A stretch of DNA of 63,016 nucleotides, the filler included, from Choristocarpus tenellus KU-1152 (lineage: Eukaryota; Protista; Phaeophyceae), in assembly GCA_964200185.2 (NCBI GenBank). It is 12 parts of 12 records of this genome, joined end to end, with 100 filler letters (N's around TTAATTAATTAA, not from the genome) between each part and the next. Parts side by side here need not be neighbours in the genome. Positions count along the whole stretch, not along the records: positions 32,742 to 42,619 come from CAXNAD020003314.1; positions 42,720 to 51,703 come from CAXNAD020004127.1; positions 51,804 to 55,852 come from CAXNAD020016484.1; 9 more parts are not named here. One strand, given 5' to 3'. A model generated the notes under the pieces. The model was not told where the DNA came from. It made no database searches and worked only from the letters and a program-made list of their open reading frames with translations. Every line of letters begins with the position of its first letter. Position 1 is the stretch's first letter. Positions 39,802-51,875 of the stretch are shown piece after piece. Position numbers and translations under genes: made by a program.

Positions 39802-42421
39802 TTTTTCTTAGTGTACTTGAGCAACTTGTAATTGTGCTCAATCCATTCTCGAAGAAGTAAACAATGAACTCTTTGATGTAAGATGGATTTTTTTCTTGGA
39901 ATTTCTCAGGATTCTCGGAAGAGGAATCTGTAGGTTTGAGTGAGATCAGTCGTATCTTTATTTTTTTATCCCAACAGCTCCAAGACCCCTTTCACTCTGA
40001 AGATGTATTTGGGAACTTGAGCGGAAGAGTGAAGCATCACACTGTGATGAGAGGGAGCCAATATCTCGAGAAGTTGATGTATCAACTATATTTGTTAAAT
40101 ACGTGGTCAATTTTTCCTAAGTCATCGAATTGCCCACCTGGACTGATATGGATAGGAAATAATCTTGAGATGAATATCTAAGAATATCTAAGTAGTTATA
40201 AAAACAAACACAAAATTTCAATTGGTTCCGCCAACAGAGTAGCACTATAAAAAAATCTGAGCGCTGTAGAACTCCATACCTCTCCTGGTGACTGAATACA
40301 GGTACGACCCTAGCTCTGTAGCTGCTCTGACTTGGATTTGGCTACTTGGATCATCCTGGACTTGCCCGATCTCTTGATTTCTGATACCTTCCCTGTAGTT
40401 TCCTTTTGTGCCAGTCAATTGGCGCAAGTACATAGAACTCATATTCTTGCACAAATCACCTTTATCAACTACTCCGAAGTAGATTAATTTAATTATTGAC
40501 CTAGTCGACATGATATGTAGTATGTCCCACAATCCATGTTGGTGTTTATTTACTCAACCTTTCATTGAAATTAAGTACTGAAACTTACAGTCCGACCTTG
40601 GCGTTGCTTTCATCAGTGGATGGCCACGCGGTCGCAAGATACCGGCCTGGAGAAGCGACCGTCATGAACACTTTACAAAGACCTGTGCTGATGAGAGCAC
40701 TCTTTCTTGGTTAGGAGATTATTCCAGATATGACCAAGGACGCTGCAAGGCCAAAAAGAGGTGATCAAAACATAAGAGAGAGCAAATGGACACAAAAAAT
40801 AGTTCATCATCAAAGTGGGACCTTTTCAAACCAATTCTGGGAGCAAATCAGACACAAACCGAAGCGAGATATGCTTCCATCCTGGTTGCAAGGTCATCCT
40901 TCAGTTACTAGTTGATCCCAGAGCCATAATTTGAGGACCTGGCCTCCATGATGCCATAGAAGCCACTTGTATGCGCAGCCCGAGTCATTAGCGAGTTATT
41001 CGATGAGCATGCTAAGCTCAATAAGACTTCCATGTCTCAGCACCGAGTTCACTCACGTGGTTGGGATCATGTAACGACCTCAATACGAAGGGGTGAGGAT
41101 GCTGATGCCCTCTATTTCCTGATCTCTGGCTTTGATAATTGGTTTAGAGTCTTTGAGTCGAGCATAATATCTGGGCTGGATTGCGATAACTGACTGGGAC
41201 TTGACTTAGCCAGAAGTTCGAACCTGTTTCAAACTTTGCGACTTAAAACAACCTGCATGGCATAACCTGCGCAGTATGGCAATGCTTCAACCAATAAAAT
41301 AGCTGATAGTGCTGAAAGGGAAGAGTTCACACAGGACAGGACCGAGGTTGAAAATACACAAGCAGGGATTTCTCTTGTGAGATGGTGGTTTTGGTGGAGA
41401 TGAATTAGGAGGGGTAGTGTCAGTGCGCGATGTGAACCGATTCCATTGGAATACATGGACAAAGGTTTCAGTGCATAGAGGATTCCTATGAGTTGATTTG
41501 GTTTTCACTATGTATGTTGTCTTTTTTTTCTTGTCAAGTTTAGTAGTCTTCATACTATTTTTTTTGTTTTTGTTTCTATTGCTGTTGATGCAGATTCTCT
41601 CTTGCTTCTCTGCTTGATGAACAATGCTGTTTAACATCAAAGTCATTTTGTTCTGGTTAAGGATTTCCTTTGTGATTTGTGTCATACAGTGCGTAGGACA
41701 CGCGACATTGGGTAGATGAGGTACAAGATGAAGGTAGAATGCTGCACTGATCGTCTTTTGGGGGAGTTTCATGTATGGGCCTGCTTAGTAGGCTAGAAAG
41801 GTCATTTCATGGATGGAATGGTCAGAAAAGAGCTGTAGCTATTTGTTGTAGATTTTCCTTTTCCATCCTTGAAGGTTTGGAAATAGAACGTCTACATTTG
41901 GATGACACTCTACGTGCAGTTACTAAGCCTGGTGTTATGTGGCACTAATAATACATGAATTTTGAATGGTTGGCTCATGTGTTAATTAATGAGGGGCCTA
42001 ACTAAGCATCATGATGATCCCACAATGGGATGGATAGTGATCTATGCACTCACTTTTATTATATTTCCCTTCTTACCACTGTGTGTGTCACTTGAAACAC
42101 CCTACCATACGTCTTAGACGTACTGCATAATAAGCGAAGTATATTTCAAATTCAAAGAAATTGAAACCTACACTGACATTTCCTAGGAATGCACTTTGTT
42201 TTGGCTGTTCAATTCTGTGAGAGGGAAAAGGCGTGAAATTTCAGGCATAGTGAGTTTTGTAGTAGTAGGGGGGAGCTTACTTGAGTGTAGTCCAAGCTGG
42301 CGCCATGTCGTATTTTGTACATTTTCTGTTGACTTGTTTTTTATTCGGGTAAATTGTACCTACCTCGCTCATTGATAATTCTTGTTTTTCCTTGTACTAT
42401 TGTCTTAACTGCGAATGATTT

Positions 42422-42510
42422 AACAGCCGATTTCAAAAATTGAGGATGGAGCTTTTCATTGAGGATAGACTTGACCCAAAATTGACTGGGATAAAGTGTT
42501 GCTATATATT
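42422..42510 (+). mobile_element. Repeat family C terminus
   Basis: aacagccgatttcaaaaattgaggatggagcttttcattgaggatagacttgacccaaaattgactgggataaagtgttg is nearly identical to the copy at 58792. Confidence 0.85.
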
Positions 42511-42735
42511 TTTTTGTATTTTTTGAAAAAAAAAAAAACATACCGAGACTTTTTTTTTGTTGTTTTTATGTACAAAAAATTTTCTTTTCAAAATTTTAAA
42601 CTGTATAATTTAACAAGATNNNNNNNNNNNNNNNNNNNNNNNNNNNNNNNNNNNNNNNNNNNNTTAATTAATTAANNNNNNNNNNNNNNNNNNNNNNNNN
42701 NNNNNNNNNNNNNNNNNNNCCTTCGACAAAACTTC

Positions 42736-45700
42736 TCAAGGGTCATTATTCTCAAGGGTCATTAGCGCGGCATTGTCACGTGTGTGGTCACTGGTCAGCC
42801 GAAGCCAGTGAATATCCACCCCACGCTCCCCATCCTCGCCGATGCGCACTGCTAGGATCTTGCTGACCAATAGCGGCGCCTCTGTTGCCAAAAAAAAGGC
42901 AAACCTGCCTTCCTGCACTGAGACTAGGTTTCCATGGTTCCCCGATGTCAACGTAGCACGAGGCCAACCCCGTCGACGGGAGCCAGGTTCTTCCTTGTCA
43001 CTGTCCAATGAGGAAGAGTGTGTTTCCTCGAGTCCACCGAGATCATTGTCACCGCTGACGAGATTATCTCCCCCACCCGAACGTTCGCCCTGGTCGTTGT
43101 CTTCGACGTCGCTGGTGCTAGTTCCAGCGCCATCGTCATCAGTGGGAAGCCAATGGACTGGGAGGTCAAAATCTCGTTCCCCTGTCTTTTTGAGAAGTCG
43201 CACAGACTTGCTTTGCTCGTGTTTCGCTCTCTGAACGGCTTCATCGTCTGTGAAGGTGGAATCCATGAGCACGAGAACATCAACAGTATGGATGCATGAA
43301 TGTTACTTTGTTACCAGGCGTGAGGTTTCACGAATGCGCTCATGGAGCATGCAGTGAGAGGGAGGGTGTATATATCGTCGGAATCGTGTTAGTTAAGTAC
43401 AAGACTGGTACCCTCAACACATTTATCGGGGGTAATCTATGGTACTTTTTATTGTAACATGCGACGATCACTACACATGAGAATGCTATATTTTTCAAGA
43501 TTTTTTTCTAAAGGCTGTAAAGGCTGCCTCGTACAAAAGTTGCACCTGATTTTTTTGGCTGTCACCGAATACCAAAATTAGCTATCAACTCCCCTCACGA
43601 AAAAATCGACTTACCCAGTGGGTACGCTGCAGCGAGGTGCTCGTGCAATGCCTGGTACCGCTGCTCCACCTTCAGGATGATGTCTTCGGGAACGCTCTTG
43701 AGCTGGTAGGGTGGTGGATCTTGGATACGAGGCGGGTGGCTGATGAAGAGGTCGTGCGGAGGGGCGTTGGGGTCCATAGCAAGGTCTCCGCCTATCCCAC
43801 TCCATTTGGTGCTGTGCATGTATCGCTTTACGCTAACCTTCACCCGCCCATCACCGCCTTTTTCAACGCGAAAAGCCCTATAGCTCGTGATTTTGGGGAC
43901 ACGGTTGACGCGACCGCGAAGGAGTCCTTTAAAATTGGCCTCGTTCCTTAGGGTTTTGTAGTATACTGGAACCTCCGTGTAAGAGGCCTGCAGCTCTTCA
44001 CCCAGCTGTGTTCTTGTGAAGATGTTCTTGCCTTTTATACCATGAGAGAACCTGAAGGTGAAATGCAAGCAAGTTAATTTTGAGGTGGGGGCGAAAGAAG
44101 CGAAGTGGAGAAGCAAGATATATATGCATGCACATGCTCTGATGCATGTATATGGAAGTATAGATATAAAAATGGGTGATGCGTACATTTTTTTATTGTT
44201 TTGTTTCGAGAGTATGTTACGAAACAGTTCTGGCAGCTGCTCTTATTGTTCAATTTTGTTGTGGGGAAATCAAAAGCCAATCAATCAATTACAGCATACG
44301 GCCATAAACCATCCATAGATGCAACAAGTATGAGCTGCCAGCCTAAAGGCAGTATCTGTCCATACAAAAACACTATGTGGCTATCGAACTTGCATATCTT
44401 GCCTAATTACCTGGAGAAGATCAGATCGATTTTGATGCACGTGTGCCCCACCATCATAAAATGTATCTCGACCACACGGATGACACTCGCCGCGACCAGC
44501 AGCCCCGCATATCCGAGAAATAAATTGTTCTTGTTCTCTGAGACGCAGTTGTCGACCTGGCCAGTTTGGGGAGTTGGGAGCGAGGGAGGGATAGGCGTGA
44601 GGCCGATATGTCAGCCCATTTCGCCTCGTTTCGTGGAGGAACAGGGTAGGTTTCCAGTATTGCTAGAGCGCAATCTCTACATCACCGCCATCATACATGC
44701 AGGTTGCAACACACAAACCAAAATTAAAGGCCGTGCAGTTAGTTACTTGGTGACTGGTATTCAGCGAGTATGTGTTGAGTAGGTTGTGTCAAGATGAAAC
44801 CTTCATACCTGCCAATGCACGTGCTGGATGATGCAATTCCCCGCGTGATTGAGGCTGTTGTGGTACTTGTCGATAATCCTTGTGAGAGCAAGGTGGATGG
44901 CTATGCAGACAAGGTTACAACCTGCGCGAAGAATGATGTTCAACAACTGTTGGCAAAAAGTACTCTGCTTACTTACGCATTGTTTATTTGGAGCTACAAA
45001 GAGGGGTAATGTAATTTGTGTATGCAATGTAGAGCACATAAACCCATACGGCTGATGTACATGTCTGTGATCTCCACCACCTGTTGATTAGCTCTTACGC
45101 TCCTCTCGCCCTAACCCTAAGGTGAGGCGTAGGAGGGCAGGGGAGCACAGCGTATCATCAGTTAATCGACTGTTCACTAGGCCTGCGGTATCTGTAGGCA
45201 CATCGTGTAAGGATGTACTCGTCCTTACGGATTTACCCTACGCCAGGTCCACTCGCCACGACGTTAAATCAAGTGGTGCGTGCGCAACCAGCATCTATTC
45301 AGTCATGTGATTGTTCACCACGACCCACAATACTTACCTCCTCCAAGATTGATAGGAGTGAAGAACACCTCCGCGAGCTGGCCTTCGACGTGTGCGGCCA
45401 TGATCTTCTGGCGCTCGGAGTAGCCCCTGATAAGGGGGACATGAAGGAAAGGAACTTGTAAAGAAAGGTCATCATCATGAACGGAATAGGTAGTGGAATT
45501 ATGTGCGTTTGTTTTGGCGAATATTTCTTGGGACTTTGCACTCATTCGTAGAATAAAACAGGGTTGTCTATTCTGTTCCGCGTGTGGCTGCAAAGTTGTT
45601 GTCGGATGGACTATGTGTGCGTGTGGCTACCTGTCACCGCCGTAGGTAGGTGGGTAAAGTGCTGGGAGGGCGTGTGCTGTCTGGTTCGCGGCGTCTATGG

Positions 45701-46489
45701 ACATGAACACGAAGCCGAGAGGTTTGCCGTCGGCTTTGGCCCGCATGGCGCTGCTGGTGCTGTTGGCGATGACCAGCCGATCCGCTTGGATAATCTGGCG
45801 AATGGGGGACAGTAACATCTCAGAGTTAAAAAAAAACTGCCACTTGTTAACACGTATCAGGTTAGTAACAAAAATGTAGTCTGGGTAACAATAGATGTTT
45901 GTATTGGGATATGTTTTTTATTGCTGCGTTCAAGACAAACACAGTGCTATCGGGATGGTAGGAAGTACGTACGTACCGGGCCGGAAGACTGCTACATGAC
46001 CTGTCCCTCCCACAGCCCGTTGTACATGACCAGGAAGCAGTCTATCGTACAAGGTGTTTAGGCAGCTAATAACAGCAAGTTTTTCGGTGAGTGAGGCTAC
46101 TGAAGCTGCCATAAGCACCTGCGTGGGAGTCTTCATTCGCAAAAGGAAACAGGTGTTCTTGAAACCGGAGGGCAATGACGGCAACATGTTGTCACTGTAC
46201 CCTTTTTGCAAAATTAACGCTGGACACCTACCTCTCGATGGTCTGACAGCTCCTTATCGATGAACTCGAGGACGGTGGAGTCGTTCGTGGGTTTTACACC
46301 AGGCGCACCGTGCCGCTTCTCTTTTAACGTGACACATTTGTCACATTTCATAAACTCGTCTCCTACCCTCACGCTGATGTTGGGCCTGTCCTCTCTGAGC
46401 AATCGGAGGAAGTGCGCCCTTCTTACCCGCTTGGAAGGGTCGTCAGGATACACCTGTATTGCCTCTTTGCAAACATCCTTGTATAGCTC
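42736..46489 (-). CDS. Intron-containing Sola-like DDD transposase; exons 46489-46232, 45794-45631, 45426-45338, 44921-44809, 44556-44411, 44051-43615, 43247-42736; 5' exon near 46640-46850 unresolved
   Basis: Seven exons and six GT-AG introns, all phase-compatible, give 1719 nt of open frame. Motifs are CDKC...H, FMSIDAANQTAHALP (D1), WQVDNCVSENKN (D2) and FMMVGHTCIKIDLIFSR (D3). These match the DNC..ENKN / GHT...ID..FS signature of Sola-type transposases. Confidence 0.85.
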
Positions 46490-47007
46490 CTAATTAAAAA
46501 TGTTGGTTGTGTGGACAAGTGAGGAGTTATTGAGAAGGAACACTCGAAGAACACCCCTGCAACATCTCTCGAAGGCGGGCTGACCAATAACTTGACTGAG
46601 AACGCGGAAGATAGGATCAAGCAAGCTTGCATCGTGCGTTACGAAAGAGCAAATACAATGATCTTCGTAAATCTGCCATGAGCGTCATTCTGTTCGGGCC
46701 TTGCTGCCGTTTGCAGAAGCGGCAAAGGTGACGAATCTATCATCATCATCATCATCATCATCGCGAAGGACTTTAGACATATGAAGAACTCACTCTTCCT
46801 ACCAATGTCAGACCGGGCCCGGGGCCGCAGAGTAGGTGTGCGCGGCATTGAAATAACAGTTATTGTGTCTTCCTTCGTAAAATCGACGAAGAGTATCATA
46901 ATGAATATTGTATTATCGACATAGCAAACGAAAAAGATAGCACTTTGTATGAACGTTGACATGTTCTTTTGACCATAATATCAGACTGGTCGAAGTAATG
47001 AGCATCC

Positions 47008-47266
47008 GAGTGAAAGTATCTTAGAGGGTACGAGTATTGCCCTGTTTGTCCATTTGGGGCTTGACTTCCCATGGGGTTTTTGTGATATTTTTCCTACTCC
47101 GAAATGTTTCGGAGTAGGTAATATGTATATGTTATGAAATGGTGTGTCCGGAACAAGGATACTGACACTTCCTAACAAATACGACGGATAAAATTACATG
47201 GAAATCGCAACATTGGATTTCGGCCCCCGAATGGGCGCGGCCCTACCCTCTAAGATACTTTGGCTC
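47008..47266 (-). mobile_element. MITE family B, complete copy just upstream of the transposase
   Basis: Both TIRs are intact, with a perfect internal hairpin cctactccgaaa-tg-tttcggagtagg (47093-47118). No TSD (atcc/tttt). Confidence 0.95.
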
Positions 47267-47484
47267 TTTTAATAAATGAGGCAAGTTCAAACATTAAATA
47301 CTCCGAGTACAAATACATTGTTGGGTGTCTAATGTGATTTGTGATTCGTGTGTTTGTGTGAACGTCTCGCATTCGTACTTGAATAAAATGTAATGGAAGT
47401 GGTCTGGACATGCCAGAAAATGATTCAACTCATGGACGGCCATGGTCTGGACATGCAAGGGAAAAGGTTAGACTGGACAACCAG

Positions 47485-47648
47485 TGGACATGGACCGGTT
47501 CAAAACCTAGTGCATACGGACTGTGAAGTGTTAATAAATATGTAACCGGTCCAGACATGGACATGGACCGGTTCAAACCCTAGTGCATACGGACTGTGAA
47601 GTGTTAATAAATATGTAACCGGTCCAGACATGGACATGGACCGGTTCA
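47485..47648. repeat. 73-bp tandem repeat x2.25 with a junction palindrome
   Basis: Units start at 47485, 47558 and 47631 and are nearly identical. They contain aaccggtcca-N10-tggaccggtt. Confidence 0.92.
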
Positions 47649-48179
47649 TTACCAAATGGATGTGGACTGGGACATCTCAAACAATTCTGGGACTGGTCAG
47701 GCTGGCGGATGGGACTTTTTCGTATTTACTGGTACGGTGAAAATCTCAATTTTTTCTTCGTTTTGTCAAGTACTTCAAGTCTACTTGTACCAACCAAATA
47801 TTACACCCATTGAGTCGTATTTTGTAGGTGATGTCACAGAGAATCTGGTTATATTCACAAGTTGGAGTTGCTTCTTACACTTGCCGAAGCGTTGTTGATG
47901 AATCGGATGGACTACGGAGGTAGGTGCCTTACATAAACCTAACAAAGGAAGTATGCTATTCTTGTATTAAAAGAGTTGAACAAGTTGGTGTGAAGTAAGT
48001 AACATATTAATTTAATTCGCATGTAAAATACACTACCAACGGTGACAAATGTGTACAAAAGCTAAAATGGTATCCTCTCACAGGATTAATCGCAGTAGGG
48101 GTTGATCACAATGGGGTTCCTTGTGAAGAGCAGGACCTTTGTTGGGCATGCCAATGCTAGGAATATGTGAAGCATAACC

Positions 48180-48357
48180 GGCTCAAAGTATCTAGGGGGG
48201 GGTGGCGGCTGTCCATTTGGGGTCAATTTTTTCATGTCGCGATTTTTGGGTGATTTGGCTGCATACTTCGGATGGATAATGTAAGTATACTTTTCCTGAT
48301 TTGGGGTCAAATGGACACCCTGGTGTAGACCAGTTCCCCCCCCAGATACTTTTGCCC
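48180..48357 (-). mobile_element. MITE family A, complete copy with 4-bp TSD (AACC)
   Basis: aacc|ggctcaaagtatctaggggg ... cccccagatacttttgccc|aacc. Confidence 0.95.
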
Positions 48358-49549
48358 AACCCTAGGACGGTTCGAAACAGAGAGGTCTTTGATAAAACAA
48401 CTACTAGTTGATGCCACCTGATAGATGAACACAACTTGTGGTATAGACACCTAGGTCTACAATACAACCTCATCCTTTCATTACCTTGGCAACAGATCTT
48501 TCAGCTGTTGTAGACATCGTGATAGTTGTTCCAAAAACTTGATTTATGAGTTTGTCAGCAAACATGACAATCTGTCACATTCCCAAAAATGATGGTGTGT
48601 TAGCGTACCTAGAAAATGAGCTTCCGAGACTGATTGTAACGCCTCCTCACTAATCCCATGTTCTGAATGGTGTTAGGTATATATAGTTGATATATTGGGA
48701 TGCTTATTGGATCAACCTGTTCGATTTCTATTTCTGTTATGACAACAAACATTTTCCAGACGTTGCCATTCATGGAGGGAAAAAAATGAAAAATATGGCA
48801 ATCGATACAACAAACCTACTGCTGTCTATTGTCATTAGTTGAAGATGTCGGCTCTATCATTCACTTAAGGTGAATGATAATAAATAACAACCAATAATAC
48901 AACAAATACAAGCCATGTATACAAACCACACTTACCAGTCAACAGCTATCAGTCAAAGAACTGTCCTGTCCACGGGCTGGAGAGGTTCAAATACTTTATA
49001 GCGTACCCTGACCAGGGTCATCAGAGATGGTGTCTAGATTGGGCCATGTGCCAGTCTGGGACCACTGAATAAGATTGAAGGGTGACGACAACATGGTCTG
49101 GTTTAAATTGAACTCATCACAAGGTGGCTGAAAGGACATAATATGCGCTTTTGTTCCCAGACGTATTTTTTGATATTGGGATCATATTTCGACCAGGTCC
49201 ACGTCCCATAAACATATGCTTCACAATCCATCACTGTGAACTATTTCAGTTTGGGGCAGGTCAGGGGCTGGACTGGTACTATTATGTTATGAAATATTCG
49301 GTCCATGGCCAATATCTGTTTCTGCATGTCTGGACCACAGCTGTTCCAACTGCTTGGACCGATGAAAAACCCTGTTGTCTTGTTGTTTGTCATACTCAAC
49401 CCATACCCCAGTTTTGTGTAGCTTAAAGTTGAAGTTGAAGAGCACAATATCAATTTCACTACTCCTTCTGTGACTAGACATAAACCAGTAGCTTAGACTG
49501 ACGCCACTTTGATTTGATGCCTTTCTCGACCAAGGAACTTCCAACTCCC

Positions 49550-51543
49550 TCATGCATGGACTGGAGAGGAGGCCGCATCATCAATGCCGTAGGAATGCCG
49601 TACAGCCTGGTTGACAGCATTGCATCCAGTGTTTGGTTTGGAGGTCAGAAATGTAGGCGTTTGTATTAAGATGTTATTTTGTGACTACCATCCCTGGAAC
49701 AGCAGAAGGAATCATCTCATGCTGATTTTCTCAACGTGCACAGGAAAAACTATCCTCTTTTCGTATTTCGTTAATGCATCATCAAAATTTTGAAGTGCCC
49801 CAGAGGAAATCCTTCACTATAGGGTAAGGATCTAGACTGACTCGATGCGACCAACACCCAATGGTTGTGAAAGGATGTCACATTAATTTCCACATATTTG
49901 AAGGATGTCGCACAATGTTGTAGGTGAATTGCTTCCATGATTTGCTGAAGTCAACACCTTTTGGGGGGGGGAAAAATCGAGTCTTCCACCAAAATAGATC
50001 ATGGCATTTTGAGAGTTATAAGTAGCCCACCTCGAGAACAAGGCATTTTATCTCCTCAACATCGACCCTGTCGGTTCCTTGGGAGGTGTAGTGACCCTTT
50101 GTACGCCAACGGCGGTATCGGATACCCAGGAGGCGTGCCCAGTTTCCTGTCATCTGTATGCTGTCCATTGCCTTGTTCACCATCTGCCCACAGTGAAGAC
50201 CAGCAAAAAACACTCAGGATTTTATTGATCACCTAAACAATACTAAGAAAAAATCAAATATTGGATGGAGACCAAGAGGAGAACTTCCTCCATAGCTGGG
50301 TAGACTATTCACAAATCCGCACCTCAATCACAGTAATTGGGTGCTCAATTGGCATCCATAGCAAGTGTGCCATCCCAGCCCCGTGAAATGCTACCACCAC
50401 TGAGACTCGTTGCATCAGCGATATCTGAAGGGATAGCATAGTAGGGAGATTAGTGACAATAATAAGGTGATGGTTAAGGTTCACGTTGTTGCATGCAGCT
50501 TGAAATCGGACATGTTTCAATATTGGGAAAGTGTTGCCCCTTGTTCACCCAAACAATGTTTCCTACACACTCCAGGATAATTCAAGGCTGTTTCCCAAGG
50601 TGTACAGCATATGCGACAAGATCTTGAATCTCAGATTGGGCTTGGGTTGTCTGGGATAAAATGAGACAGAGACTCATACAAGGGGGGAGGGGTTGTAAAA
50701 CCTTTCAGAGCACAATATATCTTGACACCAGTGACATCTTTTCACCGATGCAATCTTTCAGTGTCAGCCTCAGACAAGGTGAACTGATTAAGGTTCACTT
50801 CTTAGTTGGGTATTGCGAAGTGATACATAAAACACCTCATTGTGACAGTAATCGCTGTCCATCCGGATTGAAATAGAAAAGATGCAAGTCAGAGAGACAG
50901 AAACCCTAACCCATTCCACATTGTTGTACTCCTAGCTGATGTTGGGCGGTGGATTGCTTTTTCTGTGCTCCAGGAGATAGTTTAAAATGAATTCTTGTTC
51001 ATTGTCTATGGACCCCAGGAGGCACTCTCTTGTGTTTGAAGTGCATTGGAATACGTGCCACACTGCAAGAAGGTGTGGTGTGATCACTGCAGGTAGATAT
51101 AATAGAGATGTGAAGTGTAGACCTACGTTAACGAGAGGTTGCTTGCATTCACTTTGTGCCGGACACAGCTGGAAAATGCTGACAATAGACCAAGCGACCC
51201 CCTGATCTCTCCTATCTCGATATGTGTATGGAAAGAAACAAATAGTTCCCTAACTCTATCCCCAACCCTTGAAGAAGCAGTGCCTCAAAAAACAGTACAC
51301 GAGCTACCAAAGATGTGATCTGTCCATCACAAAAAAGAGAAGAAAAGCCTCATTCGCCATCCTTTCTATATAGTAGGCACGACTGAGTACCTGCTCTTCG
51401 AAGGACAAATCGCCCAGGTCAAGAGCCTGCACATTTGCTCCTGGCACCTGCCTGAGCGCAACAAGGAGCTCACGTTCATTTGCCACCACTCTCTGAAGGC
51501 CTATCTTCTTTCCAGCTGCCTTCTTGTTGGAGGTGGATGAGGC
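49550..51543 (-). CDS. Glycosyltransferase family 61 (DUF563/EOGT-like), 3' exons 51543-51391, 50424-50323, 50183-50031, 49606-49550
   Basis: RVVANERELLVALRQ...VQALDLGDLSFEEQ / ISLMQRVSVVVAFHGAGMAHLLWMP...VIE / ...WARLLGIRYRRW...VDVEEI / AVRHSYG...*. Shows the GT61 HGAG signature and phase-0 GT-AG introns. Confidence 0.85.
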
Positions 51544-51650
51544 CTTTGGGGGGTATGTGTATGAGATTATATGTTCTGGATGCATGAGCAAAATCATCGT
51601 TTTTCTAGAGTTTTCACAACATCCTACCTTCGGTAGAATCACTATCTAAA

Positions 51651-51703
51651 GACCCAAAGTATCTGGGAGGAGGGGGGGAGGTCTACACCAGGGTGTCCAT
51701 TTG
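51651..51703 (+). mobile_element. MITE family A, partial (contig end)
   Basis: gacccaaagtatctggg...gtctacaccagggtgtccatttg. Confidence 0.88.
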
Positions 51704-51803
51704 NNNNNNNNNNNNNNNNNNNNNNNNNNNNNNNNNNNNNNNNNNNNTTAATTAATTAANNNNNNNNNNNNNNNNNNNNNNNNNNNNNNNNNNNNNNNNN
51801 NNN

Positions 51804-51875
51804 TTTTAAGACCGTTTTCGCAAAACAACCATCCTCATAGTCCTGCACCATCCTCAATTTTGAGAAATCCCTGTT
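51804..51875 (-). mobile_element. Repeat family C-related terminus, reverse orientation
   Basis: The reverse complement reads aacagggatttctcaaaattgaggatggtgcaggactatgaggatgg. Confidence 0.65.

Noticed and set aside
44201-44782. 193-aa plus-strand ORF
   Set aside because: It is the antisense shadow of the transposase exons and introns and has no motif of its own.
42422-46489. Family C terminus at the end of one contig as the 3' TIR of the Sola-like transposase starting the next contig
   Set aside because: A linker separates them, and no matching C terminus was found upstream of the transposase within its own contig.
47485-47648. CRISPR-like palindromic repeat-spacer array
   Set aside because: The apparent spacers are identical, so this is a simple tandem duplication.
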